From Candidatus Parcubacteria bacterium (GTDB lineage: Bacteria > Patescibacteriota > Minisyncoccia > Phycocordibacterales > JAKAEA01), in assembly GCA_019661945.1 (NCBI GenBank), contig JAIFWI010000001.1:6342-70341 (forward strand): a stretch of 64,000 nt of DNA, given 5' to 3'. Each line of letters starts with the position of its first letter. Positions within the stretch are counted from its first letter, which is position 1. Below are positions 37,010 through 45,421 of the stretch, in pieces. The notes beneath the pieces are model-generated. The model had not been told where the DNA came from, searched no databases, and was given only the letters and a program-made list of their open reading frames with translations. The position numbers and the translations under genes were made by a program.

Positions 37010-37324
37010 ATGGATTCCCTGCCTTATGTTAAGGAGAAGCTCATGAAGCGATCCGAAGACACCAGAACTTACGGAGATGAACACGGCCGGGTCATTCCCC
37101 ACCTGTTCCTGACGAATTCTGCGCTTTGGCCGCCACGGCTTGTCGAGGCGCTCAAAGACCAGATGCGTCTGACACCAGACGAATGCAAGCGGCTCAAGCT
37201 TGGAACGGCCCAGCGACAGGAGTTTGATCAACTCGTTCGGCTCTGGCACGCTTTTGGCGGAGCACAGGAAGCTGAGCAATTCATTCACACTCAATCCGGC
37301 CTAGGCGCCTTTGCCGGCGACTAG
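37010..37324 (+). CDS. Hypothetical soluble protein (104 aa, GC-rich)
   Basis: GAGGGGAAT-ATG RBS; followed by strong terminator. Confidence 0.4.
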   Translation: MDSLPYVKEKLMKRSEDTRTYGDEHGRVIPHLFLTNSALWPPRLVEALKDQMRLTPDECKRLKLGTAQRQEFDQLVRLWHAFGGAQEAEQFIHTQSGLGAFAGD

Positions 37325-37354
37325 AAGCTTTAAGGCAATATCACGAACCCGCTG

Positions 37355-37399
37355 AGCCCGTCCGCGACAACATTTGTACTGTCGCAGGCGGGTTTTTTC
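37355..37399 (+). terminator. Intrinsic terminator (12-bp GC stem + U6)
   Basis: cccgtccgcgaca acatttgtact gtcgcaggcggg tttttt. Confidence 0.7.
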
Positions 37400-37451
37400 T
37401 TTGTCGCAATTTTCTTGCAATTATTGCTTTTATGGTTAGTATTACTTCAGA

Positions 37452-37477
37452 GCACCTGTGTAGGTGCCTGTTTTTTG
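37452..37477 (+). promoter_or_regulatory. Hairpin + U-run in purL leader (gcacct gtgt aggtgc ctg UUUUUU): possible attenuator/second terminator
   Basis: Lies 35 nt upstream of purL ATG, 55 nt after the preceding strong terminator. Confidence 0.3.
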
Positions 37478-37511
37478 ACACGAACGAAAACAACAAACAA
37501 AGGAGGCACAA

Positions 37512-40500
37512 ATGCCACCAATCTATCGCTTCTATCGACAAGTGAGTGAAGATCTCGAATACGGCTTCTACGTTGAGGCCAGCGAGTTTCTGGACGCCGG
37601 AGAGTATCTCCGGCTTGAATGGATCATCGCTGAGACATTTGAACCGACGATGACTCGCCCGGATTCCATCTGGTTTCCGGCCGAAGTCATCGAAATCGGT
37701 CCGCGGCTTTCGATCGAGACTCCGTTCTCATCGAATGCAGTGGCAATTTGTCACAACGCAGGTTTGACCAAGGTCACTCGCTTCGAACGCACTCGCCGCT
37801 ATCGCCTGGCCCCGGGCCAGTCAGTGGCGGATGTGCTCGAAGCCAACCTCGATCGAATGACCGAGCAGCACTATCCCACTGGGATCGTGAGCTTTGAAAC
37901 CGGCCGTAAGCCGGAAGGTGTGCGGGAAATCGATGTCATCGGCAATCCGATCATCGCTCTCCAGAACGCCAACAAAGAGCTTGGCCTTAGCATGGATGCC
38001 AGGGATCTTGCCTATTATGAAGAACTCTTCGCTGACACTCTCGGTCGAAACCCGACCGATGTCGAGCTCCTGAAGCTCGGCAACGACAACAGTGAACATA
38101 GCCGGCACTGGCTCTTCAGAGGAATGCAGATCATCAATGGTGTACGGATGTCGAAGACTCTCTTCGAACTTGTCCAGGAACCGCTGAAGCGGCTCGGCGA
38201 CAACAATGTCAGCCTGGTCGCATTCAGAGATAATGCCGGAGTGATTAAAGGCTTTTGGACTGAGGTGCTGCTGCCGGAAGATCCGGGCCAGCCATCAGTA
38301 CTTCGCCTGACTCGAAAATATGTCCACAATACCGACACGGCCGAAACGCATAATCATCCGACTGGTGTTGCAGCTTTCCCCGGTGCTCAAACAGGTGCCG
38401 GCGGACGGATTCGCGACAACAGTGCGGTTGGATGCGGCGGTCTTCCCGGAATCGGAGTGGCCGGATATTTTGTCGGCAATCTCTTTATTCCAGGGTACCA
38501 GATACCCGGAGAGAATGTTGGACATGACATGCCGTCGACGTACGCCTCACCGCTCACGATTCTTGTCGAGGGCTCAAATGGCGTCACATCGTACGGTAAT
38601 GAATTCGGCGAACCATTGACCCTTGGCTTCACCCGAAGCTTTGGTCAAATGGTTGACGGCAAATGGCGTGAACCGCGAAAGCCGGTGCTCTACAGCGCTG
38701 GTATCGGTTCTATCTTTGATGAACACGTCAAAAAGGAAAAGGCCGAAATCGGCATGCTCATCGTGCGCATTGGCGGCCCGGCTTACCCCATTGGGGTCGG
38801 CGGCGGCAGTGCCTCAAGCATGATGCAAGGTTCGAATACCGAACAGCTTGATTATAATTCCGTTCAACGCGGCAACGCTGAGATGGAAAATCGAGCCAAT
38901 CGAGTCATTCAAGCTTGTGTGGAAATGGGCAGCGAAAATCCCATTTCGAGCATTCACGACCAAGGCGCTGGCGGTCCGAGCAATGTTTTGACGGAGCTCG
39001 TCGAACCGCTGGGCGGCAGAATCAACATTCGCAACATTGTTCTTGGCGACAAGACGATGTCAATCAGAGAAATCTGGTGCGGCGAATATCAGGAAGGCTA
39101 CGGTTTCCTTATCAGAAAAAATCGGATCGAATTTTTCCAATCGATCTGCCAACGTGAGCGGGTTAATTGTGAAATTCTCGGAGAAATCGACGGCAGCGGT
39201 AAAATCGTTGTCGAAGATCCCGATACCGGTACAACGCCGGTAGATCTCAACCTCGACCAGATCCTAACGAAGATGCCTCAAAAGACGTTTGAATCACGAC
39301 GCCAAGAACTGAAGCTCGAACCTCTGGCCCTGCCGGATGTCAGCATCAGTGAAGCAATCAAGGCCGTGTTCAAACTTCTGCAGGTTGGTTCAAAGAATTT
39401 CCTGACAAGCAAAGGTGATCGAAGTGTCGGCGGCAAGGTCGCTCAGCAACAGTGCGTCGGCATCGCTCAGATTCCGATCGCTGACTTCAGCGTCCTAGCC
39501 CAAAGTCACTTTGGTCTGACCGGTGCAGCAGGCTCGATCGGTGAACAGCCGATTAAGATGCTCATTAATCCGGCTGCCGGAGCTCGGATGGCCGTCGGTG
39601 AAATGATTCTGAACATGGCTGGTGTCCGCATTAGTAATCTCGGCGATATTCGTTGTCGGGCAAACTGGATGTGGGCGGCTAAGCTCGAGAACGAAGGCGC
39701 AAACCTCTACGATGCAGCTGTGGCCGCGACCGGTCTCTTGACCGATCTTGGTGCGGCGATTGATGGGGGTAAAGACAGCCTGACGATGGCTGCACGAGTT
39801 CATGGCCATCTGGTCATTGCGCCTGGACAATTGGTGATGCTTGGAACGGCTCCCGTGCCTAACATTACCAAGAAGGTCACCCCTGACATCAAGAAGCCGG
39901 ATGGAAGTTTCCTCTGTCTGATTGATCTCGGTGGTGGCAAAAATCGCCTCGGCGGCGGAAGCTTAGCCCAGGCTAACAACCAAATTGGCAATGAATCACC
40001 TGATGTCGAAAGTTCGCTGCTTCTCAAGAACACGTTTCTTGCGGTTCAGCAGATGATTGACGAAGGAGTGATTCTGGCCTATCACGATCGAAGCGATGGC
40101 GGTCTTTTCACTACCGTCGCCGAGATGTGCATGGCCAGCCGATGTGGCTTTGATCTTCAGGTTAATGATCACCGACATGCTCTGGCTGAACTCTTCAACG
40201 AAGAGCTCGGTGCAGTGATTGAGGTAGCACCGATACACGATAAGCGGGTGCGTGAAATCTGCGAATCGTTTGACGTGCCGATCTCACTCATTGGTGCTAC
40301 GCATGCCGACGGCAAGTGCAGCATTCGAGCGATGTCTTCTGACCATGAGTTGTGGAGTGGCAACATTTCGCTACTGCGTTTGTGGTGGGAGGAGACAAGC
40401 TCGCGGCTTGAAGCTCTGCAGTCGGATCCTGATTGTGCCCGGGCAGAATACCTTGGTCACGTTGACCTTCTGCCTGGAATCAACAGCGCTCCATCATACA

Positions 40501-41354
40501 GACTTCGATTTACACCGGCAGAAACGCCGCCAGAAATTCTCAAAGTCCGAAACAATCCCCGCGTGGCAGTATTGCGCGAGGAAGGTACGAACGGCGATCG
40601 AGAAATGCAGGCAGCATGTTTTGCCGGAGGTCTTGCCGCGTGGGACGTCACCATGAGTGACCTCATCGCAGGCAGGATCGACCTGGACGAATTCCAGGGA
40701 ATCATTTTCGCCGGTGGATTTTCCTTCATGGATGTGCTCGACAGCGCCAAGGGCTGGGCAGCAACAATTCGCTACAACACGCGTGTGCGCGAAATGTTTG
40801 CTCGCTTCTATGGCCGTAAGGACACCTTCTCACTTGGTGTCTGCAACGGTTGTCAGCTCATGGCTCTGCTTGGATTAGTTCCACTCGAAGATCTCCAGGC
40901 TGATATGCAGCCGAGATTTGTGAGGAACGAGTCCCGTCGCTTTGAGTCTCGTTGGGTTCAGGTAGAAGTTTTGCCAAGCCCGGCGATTCTCCTTCGCGGC
41001 ATGGAAGGTTCGAAACTCGGTGTCTGGGCTGCCCATGGTGAAGGCCGACTGGTATATCCAAGCCAGACGGTAGCGGATGTGGTGCGTTTGAGAAATCTTG
41101 CGCCCCTCGCCTTCCTCGATCCCCATGGCAATCAGACTGAAGAGTATCCTCATAACCCGAACGGTTCGCCGGGCGGGATTACAGCCCTCTGTTCGCATAA
41201 TGGGCGGCATCTTGCAATGATGCCTCACCCTGAACGTTGTTTTCGTTTGTGGCAGTGGCCGTGGATGCCGCCCTCATGGAGTAGCCTCAGCGCTTCTCCA
41301 TGGCTCCGGATGTTTCAGAACGCCCGCACGTGGTGTTTGGAACATTCGAAGTAG
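37512..41354 (+). CDS. purL: Phosphoribosylformylglycinamidine (FGAM) synthase, large single-chain type (PurL with fused glutaminase)
   Basis: 1280 aa; N-domain, FGAM synthetase ATP-grasp-like core, C-terminal class I GATase (GVCNGCQLMALLG catalytic Cys); GC ~56%. Confidence 0.9.
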   Translation: MPPIYRFYRQVSEDLEYGFYVEASEFLDAGEYLRLEWIIAETFEPTMTRPDSIWFPAEVIEIGPRLSIETPFSSNAVAICHNAGLTKVTRFERTRRYRLAPGQSVADVLEANLDRMTEQHYPTGIVSFETGRKPEGVREIDVIGNPIIALQNANKELGLSMDARDLAYYEELFADTLGRNPTDVELLKLGNDNSEHSRHWLFRGMQIINGVRMSKTLFELVQEPLKRLGDNNVSLVAFRDNAGVIKGFWTEVLLPEDPGQPSVLRLTRKYVHNTDTAETHNHPTGVAAFPGAQTGAGGRIRDNSAVGCGGLPGIGVAGYFVGNLFIPGYQIPGENVGHDMPSTYASPLTILVEGSNGVTSYGNEFGEPLTLGFTRSFGQMVDGKWREPRKPVLYSAGIGSIFDEHVKKEKAEIGMLIVRIGGPAYPIGVGGGSASSMMQGSNTEQLDYNSVQRGNAEMENRANRVIQACVEMGSENPISSIHDQGAGGPSNVLTELVEPLGGRINIRNIVLGDKTMSIREIWCGEYQEGYGFLIRKNRIEFFQSICQRERVNCEILGEIDGSGKIVVEDPDTGTTPVDLNLDQILTKMPQKTFESRRQELKLEPLALPDVSISEAIKAVFKLLQVGSKNFLTSKGDRSVGGKVAQQQCVGIAQIPIADFSVLAQSHFGLTGAAGSIGEQPIKMLINPAAGARMAVGEMILNMAGVRISNLGDIRCRANWMWAAKLENEGANLYDAAVAATGLLTDLGAAIDGGKDSLTMAARVHGHLVIAPGQLVMLGTAPVPNITKKVTPDIKKPDGSFLCLIDLGGGKNRLGGGSLAQANNQIGNESPDVESSLLLKNTFLAVQQMIDEGVILAYHDRSDGGLFTTVAEMCMASRCGFDLQVNDHRHALAELFNEELGAVIEVAPIHDKRVREICESFDVPISLIGATHADGKCSIRAMSSDHELWSGNISLLRLWWEETSSRLEALQSDPDCARAEYLGHVDLLPGINSAPSYRLRFTPAETPPEILKVRNNPRVAVLREEGTNGDREMQAACFAGGLAAWDVTMSDLIAGRIDLDEFQGIIFAGGFSFMDVLDSAKGWAATIRYNTRVREMFARFYGRKDTFSLGVCNGCQLMALLGLVPLEDLQADMQPRFVRNESRRFESRWVQVEVLPSPAILLRGMEGSKLGVWAAHGEGRLVYPSQTVADVVRLRNLAPLAFLDPHGNQTEEYPHNPNGSPGGITALCSHNGRHLAMMPHPERCFRLWQWPWMPPSWSSLSASPWLRMFQNARTWCLEHSK

Positions 41355-41366
41355 GCTCCGCAGCAG

Positions 41367-41395
41367 AACCCTCGCATACATGCGGGGTTTTTTAT
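41367..41395 (+). terminator. Intrinsic terminator (ccc-u-cgcau ac augcg ggg + U7)
   Basis: Hairpin with 1-nt bulge followed by TTTTTTT after purL stop. Confidence 0.65.
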
Positions 41396-41399
41396 TTGA

Positions 41400-42650
41400 C
41401 TAATGTGCTTCGCCCCAATATGGAATGCCGAGGCGTTTGAAGTCGGGATATTGTTGCGGACCGAATCTTTTATCACGACGTTTGTTTGAGAGAAGTGTGC
41501 GAGCTAGGGTGACGACATCACGGCCAAATTTTTTGGATAATAAATCTATTGTCGAAAATATCGCTCCCCTATTTTCAACTTCCTGGGTCTCGCCAAAAAG
41601 ATCTGGTTGAAATGTTGCGGCTGGAGTGATCGAGCGAAATACTACACCGGTAGCTCGGTAATCATAATGTGGACTGTAAATTTTGTGGAAGTTTTTATGA
41701 ATCTGATCGACTATATCCATCGGATTACTTGTAGCTAATGGTAATGTGACTTCAGTACTTCGGTAAGTGAATTTTTGAGTTTTAATATAGAAGTAAAGAT
41801 GTTTGGTAATAAGATAATGCCTCCGTAATCTTTTGCAGGCTCGTTCAGCATTTTTAGAAAGCTCAGCTAATAAGACTTTTGGATCTTTGGTAATTGGTTT
41901 GAAGGTGCCGGTTTTCATAATGGATTTCTGATCATCCCGCTCATCCTCATGCACTCGTAAAATACTCCGGCCATTTAATTCATGCCAAATTTCTTCATAG
42001 GGTTTGGAAAGATTTTCACGAATCCACCATTCAGGTTTTTGAATAAATTCGAGAGCGATGCGAACGCCATGTTTCATTAAGTTGGCCGAGCCGCTTGGAC
42101 CAATGCCCCAAATTTTTCCCACTAGCATTTTTTCCAGAAATTGAGGGATATCTTTTTTTTCAAGGACGGTAAATCCAGATGGCTTGTTCCATTTTGATGC
42201 CACTTTAGCCAACACTTTTGTTGGCGCCAGGCCAATGGAAAATGTCATGCCCAAGTCTCGCTCGAGGTCTCGTTTGATATTTTTTGCAGCCTGAACAGCA
42301 GCCTCACCCCTTTCCCCTCTCCTTGACAGGAGAGGGGTTAAATCCCCAAAGCACTCATCAATACTGTACTCCTCAACCATCGGCGCATACCTGCGGACTA
42401 TTGAGTACATCCTCTGGGCATAGGTGCGATAAGTATCATAATGCGACAGAGTGATAATTGCCTCTGGACAAATTTTCTTAATTTCACCGATAAGCATGCC
42501 GCGGCTAATACCCCGTTTTTTGGCCTCATATGACACAGCTAAAGCAATACTACGGTCAGCCCCTGCCACAACAGGCTTGCCTCGAAATGCTTCATTTTGA
42601 GCGATTTCACACGAGGCAAAGAAAGCATCACCATCGATGTGGAGGATCAT
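41400..42650 (-). CDS. dinB: Y-family DNA polymerase IV (DinB-like translesion polymerase)
   Basis: MILHIDGDAFFASCE (catalytic Asp), SIDECFGDLT, little-finger domain; 416 aa; last gene of LexA-box operon. Confidence 0.85.
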   Translation of the reverse strand: MILHIDGDAFFASCEIAQNEAFRGKPVVAGADRSIALAVSYEAKKRGISRGMLIGEIKKICPEAIITLSHYDTYRTYAQRMYSIVRRYAPMVEEYSIDECFGDLTPLLSRRGERGEAAVQAAKNIKRDLERDLGMTFSIGLAPTKVLAKVASKWNKPSGFTVLEKKDIPQFLEKMLVGKIWGIGPSGSANLMKHGVRIALEFIQKPEWWIRENLSKPYEEIWHELNGRSILRVHEDERDDQKSIMKTGTFKPITKDPKVLLAELSKNAERACKRLRRHYLITKHLYFYIKTQKFTYRSTEVTLPLATSNPMDIVDQIHKNFHKIYSPHYDYRATGVVFRSITPAATFQPDLFGETQEVENRGAIFSTIDLLSKKFGRDVVTLARTLLSNKRRDKRFGPQQYPDFKRLGIPYWGEAH

Positions 42651-42656
42651 GTTTTT

Positions 42657-43235
42657 TCATTGAATGCCAATAAATTTTCGTTTCAAGGTCATTCGGCGGG
42701 ATTTATAGTCAGGAATAGTCAAACCGACCAGGTCCCAAAATTTCTTGGAATGGTTTAATTCTTTGAGATGACACAGCTCATGCACCACAATATAATCTGC
42801 TAATTCAAGTGGCAGATGAACCAAGGCATAATTAAAATTTAAATTGCCTTTCGATGAGCAACTGCCCCAGCGTGAGCGTTGATTTTTAATGGCAATTCTT
42901 TTGTAGTTAAAATTATATATTCTATTGTAGTGTTCCAGGCGGGCTTTGATAAATATAAGGGCACGCTTTTTATGTTTCAGATAATCTTTTCGGGTTTGAT
43001 TAATAATAGTTTTATTAGCAAATCTTTTGCGCAATTTCTCCTGCATTCTGCGGATCCAATCACTTTTCCTTTTTACAAATTTTTCAGCTACAAACGGCGA
43101 AGCAAGCAACGGTAATGTCACCACTATTTCCCCGCTGTGATGCACAGTAATACTAACCCTCCGGGCCCGCCTGCTTCGCTTGATTTTATAGCTTATTTCG
43201 GTCATTTTCTTATAATACCCTACTCCAAGCTTCAA
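42657..43235 (-). CDS. DUF45/YgjP-family HExxH metallopeptidase (SprT/WLM-like)
   Basis: HELCHLKELNHSKKFW HExxH+H zincin motif at C-term; ATGA start/stop overlap with upstream gene. Confidence 0.7.
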   Translation of the reverse strand: MKLGVGYYKKMTEISYKIKRSRRARRVSITVHHSGEIVVTLPLLASPFVAEKFVKRKSDWIRRMQEKLRKRFANKTIINQTRKDYLKHKKRALIFIKARLEHYNRIYNFNYKRIAIKNQRSRWGSCSSKGNLNFNYALVHLPLELADYIVVHELCHLKELNHSKKFWDLVGLTIPDYKSRRMTLKRKFIGIQ

Positions 43236-43687
43236 AATCGACGAATATCCTTATTCATCTCAGTGATAAGATACTCTTTTTGAATATCTCGTTTTTGCAG
43301 AATATTCAAGGCTTTTTTAGCTGCTTCAGCAATCTCAATTCTTTTGAGGTGGACATCAGATGCCAGTTGTATAAATTCATCAAGTGTTCGCAAGACATAT
43401 TCGACCTGCTCCTGGATATTATCATTCTTTGTGATCAGGCGAACTTTCCAGGAATATGAAGTGAGATTATGAGCCTCTTTTCTAACCTTTTCAATAATAG
43501 CAGCCGGATTAATAGTATCTATTTCTTCTCCGACAGGTATTGTTTTATTAAGCTGTTCCAAGAATTCCGAATACACTTGGATTTTTTTATTTTTGAGGTA
43601 TTTTCTATCGTCCAGTATATATCCCAGAATAAGCGAGACAATACTTGAAATTACGACAGATGAAAGTATAACGGTAAGTAATTGCAT
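43232..43687 (-). CDS. Single-TM membrane protein (151 aa), candidate SOS-induced cell-division inhibitor
   Basis: N-terminal TM LLTVILSSVVISSIVSLILGYIL then soluble coiled domain; sits between lexA and dinB in the same operon (position analogous to YneA/ChiZ-type inhibitors). Confidence 0.45.
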   Translation of the reverse strand: MQLLTVILSSVVISSIVSLILGYILDDRKYLKNKKIQVYSEFLEQLNKTIPVGEEIDTINPAAIIEKVRKEAHNLTSYSWKVRLITKNDNIQEQVEYVLRTLDEFIQLASDVHLKRIEIAEAAKKALNILQKRDIQKEYLITEMNKDIRRF

Positions 43688-43728
43688 AATTATTTCGTCA
43701 TGGAGGTTTCATTGATAGGCCTCTATTA

Positions 43729-43929
43729 TTAGAACATAAAGCTTGCGGCTACTCTCATTGAGCGAGCTAGCCAGCTGGTGCGATTTAAGATTCCGAGCCG
43801 AGCTAGTAATATTTTGTGATGCCGTGCTTCACGGGTGTATGGCAGGCCTCGCAATATTTTCTTATCTATCAACTTATTAATCTTAATAATTTCGTGCTGG
43901 ATCTCTTTTTTTAATGTTGATTTGCTCAT
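43729..43929 (-). CDS. Small hypothetical protein (66 aa) in LexA operon
   Basis: Basic, helical; between lexA and TM protein. Confidence 0.35.
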   Translation of the reverse strand: MSKSTLKKEIQHEIIKINKLIDKKILRGLPYTREARHHKILLARLGILNRTSWLARSMRVAASFMF

Positions 43930-43976
43930 GATATTTTATTTTTAATATATTTTGCTTTTAATATAATGTTTTTTAT

Positions 43977-44552
43977 TTAGTACTTACGTATGACTGCCTT
44001 GACCACTGCCATAATTTTCAATTCTTCACTTTCCGCGGGCACAATGTCTTTGAATCGCTCGTTGGCCGCTTCAAGCCAGACCTTCTCTCGTCGTTTTCTT
44101 AAAAATTTCACGGTATACCCGCTATCAATGAATGCCACTACGATATCTCCATCTTTTGCATCTGATCGGCGCTCTACTATCAACATGTCTCCTGGCTGAA
44201 TTCCGGCATCAAGCATTGATTCTCCTGAAACTTTGAGCATAAAGGTTGCTTCTTTATTTTGTATCAAGTAATTGTCGAGACTCATCGTTTCGGCTAAGTC
44301 TTCCTCGGCTGGGGTTGGAAAGCCGGCTTCAACAGATCCTAAAACTTTCAAGCCGCCAAGGAGTTTATCGGTAGGCATGAGTCGGCCCTGGCTATCTTTC
44401 TCCACTGAACCTTCATCGACAAGTTTATTTACTAACTTAAAGACAGCGTTTTTAGATTTGAGGTCAAACATCTTCATCATCTCGCGATATGACGGCATGA
44501 TCTTGTTGTCGTCGTAGAACTTTCTTATTTTGTTTTTATAGCGCTCGATCAT
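43977..44552 (-). CDS. lexA: LexA repressor (S24 autopeptidase)
   Basis: N-terminal wHTH; cleavage-site region VEAGFP; catalytic Ser (VSGESM) and Lys (VVKAV); 191 aa. Confidence 0.9.
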   Translation of the reverse strand: MIERYKNKIRKFYDDNKIMPSYREMMKMFDLKSKNAVFKLVNKLVDEGSVEKDSQGRLMPTDKLLGGLKVLGSVEAGFPTPAEEDLAETMSLDNYLIQNKEATFMLKVSGESMLDAGIQPGDMLIVERRSDAKDGDIVVAFIDSGYTVKFLRKRREKVWLEAANERFKDIVPAESEELKIMAVVKAVIRKY

Positions 44553-44582
44553 ATGGTTATTGTTTCTTGATGAGTTTAGTAT

Positions 44583-44604
44583 ACGGTGAACGATCGTTCA
44601 CCGT
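44583..44604. promoter_or_regulatory. SOS box / LexA operator, Cheo-box type (perfect 22-bp palindrome acggtGAACgatcGTTCaccgt)
   Basis: GAAC-N4-GTTC core as in Gram-positive CGAACRNRYGTTYC; 31 nt upstream of lexA ATG. Confidence 0.75.
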
Positions 44605-44695
44605 CAAGCCTCAAGACGGCCAAAGTGTGTATAACTTTCGTAGAGCGACACAAAAACTTACACCACGGAAGAGTTTTCCTAATAAAAAATGCAAG

Positions 44696-44722
44696 AAAAA
44701 ACCCGAATGATTCGGGTGTTAC
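44696..44722 (-). terminator. Intrinsic terminator (cccgaa tga ttcggg + U-run on minus)
   Basis: Immediately after stop of KGG-repeat gene. Confidence 0.6.
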
Positions 44723-45021
44723 TGGTATTCCAGATCGTATGCTCGTATTGTGGCATCACCAGGCTTATTGCTTTTGTCTTGCTCAGAATTTACCTTACGC
44801 TTTGCTGCTGATGCTAGACCGCCTTTCCTGCCGATTCTTGACATGAACTTCGGGTCGGCGCTGACCTTTTTTCCACCCTTCCTTCCAGCTTTTTTTCCAG
44901 TCTTTGAAGTGAATCTGTTGACCCCGGCGCCTTCCTGGGTTTTCTTTCCGCCCATGCTGGCAATTTTCCTCTGCTCTTCCTTGTCCATGCCAGCGAATCC
45001 ATGGTTTCTGGACATGCGCAA
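44719..45021 (-). CDS. KGG-repeat general stress protein (YciG/YmdF-like)
   Basis: Repeated GGKKTQEGAG / GRKGGKKV / GRKGGLASA KGG motifs; 100 aa; GC-rich. Confidence 0.6.
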   Translation of the reverse strand: MRMSRNHGFAGMDKEEQRKIASMGGKKTQEGAGVNRFTSKTGKKAGRKGGKKVSADPKFMSRIGRKGGLASAAKRKVNSEQDKSNKPGDATIRAYDLEYQ

Positions 45022-45059
45022 CCTCCTTTCAAGTACGTGGACTATTTTCAGTTTATATA

Positions 45060-45353
45060 TTATTGCGAAAGAGTCAAATTCCAGAGGTTGTTGTAATAGA
45101 TTCTTTGATTATTTTTATCAGTACTAAAATTTCTAATATGATCTTTTGCTGTTCGGTAAATCAAGCGCTTCATATTATGAATGCTTTCAACGCCGTAATA
45201 AACAATAGTATCCCAAACATCGGCAAACACATTCTTGGTCAGGTATTTAGCCACTTCTTTGTGCGCTGTTTCTTTATAGCAGTATGCGAAAATATCGTCG
45301 ACGTGCGCGTCATACGCTTTTAAAAAAGTATCCTTCATAGTTTGTTGCGTCAT
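45060..45353 (-). CDS. Sigma-70 region-2-like protein (truncated ECF-sigma paralog, no region 4)
   Basis: AYDAHVDDIFAYCYKETAHKEVAKYLTKNVFADVW closely parallels region 2 of the ECF sigma at 13386 (IYDRHVKTIYDFIFYKTRHRETAEDITSQTFFKAL); only 97 aa. Confidence 0.45.
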   Translation of the reverse strand: MTQQTMKDTFLKAYDAHVDDIFAYCYKETAHKEVAKYLTKNVFADVWDTIVYYGVESIHNMKRLIYRTAKDHIRNFSTDKNNQRIYYNNLWNLTLSQ

Positions 45354-45421
45354 AGGCTATGTTGGTTATATTAATAACTGACCAACATAGTAACGGATGA
45401 AACCGCTGTTTCTTACAGAGT

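Noticed and set aside
37821-41228. Numerous 60-135-aa ORFs in other frames within purL
   Set aside because: Typical spurious ORFs in GC-rich coding DNA; purL frame is continuous and homologous over 1280 aa.
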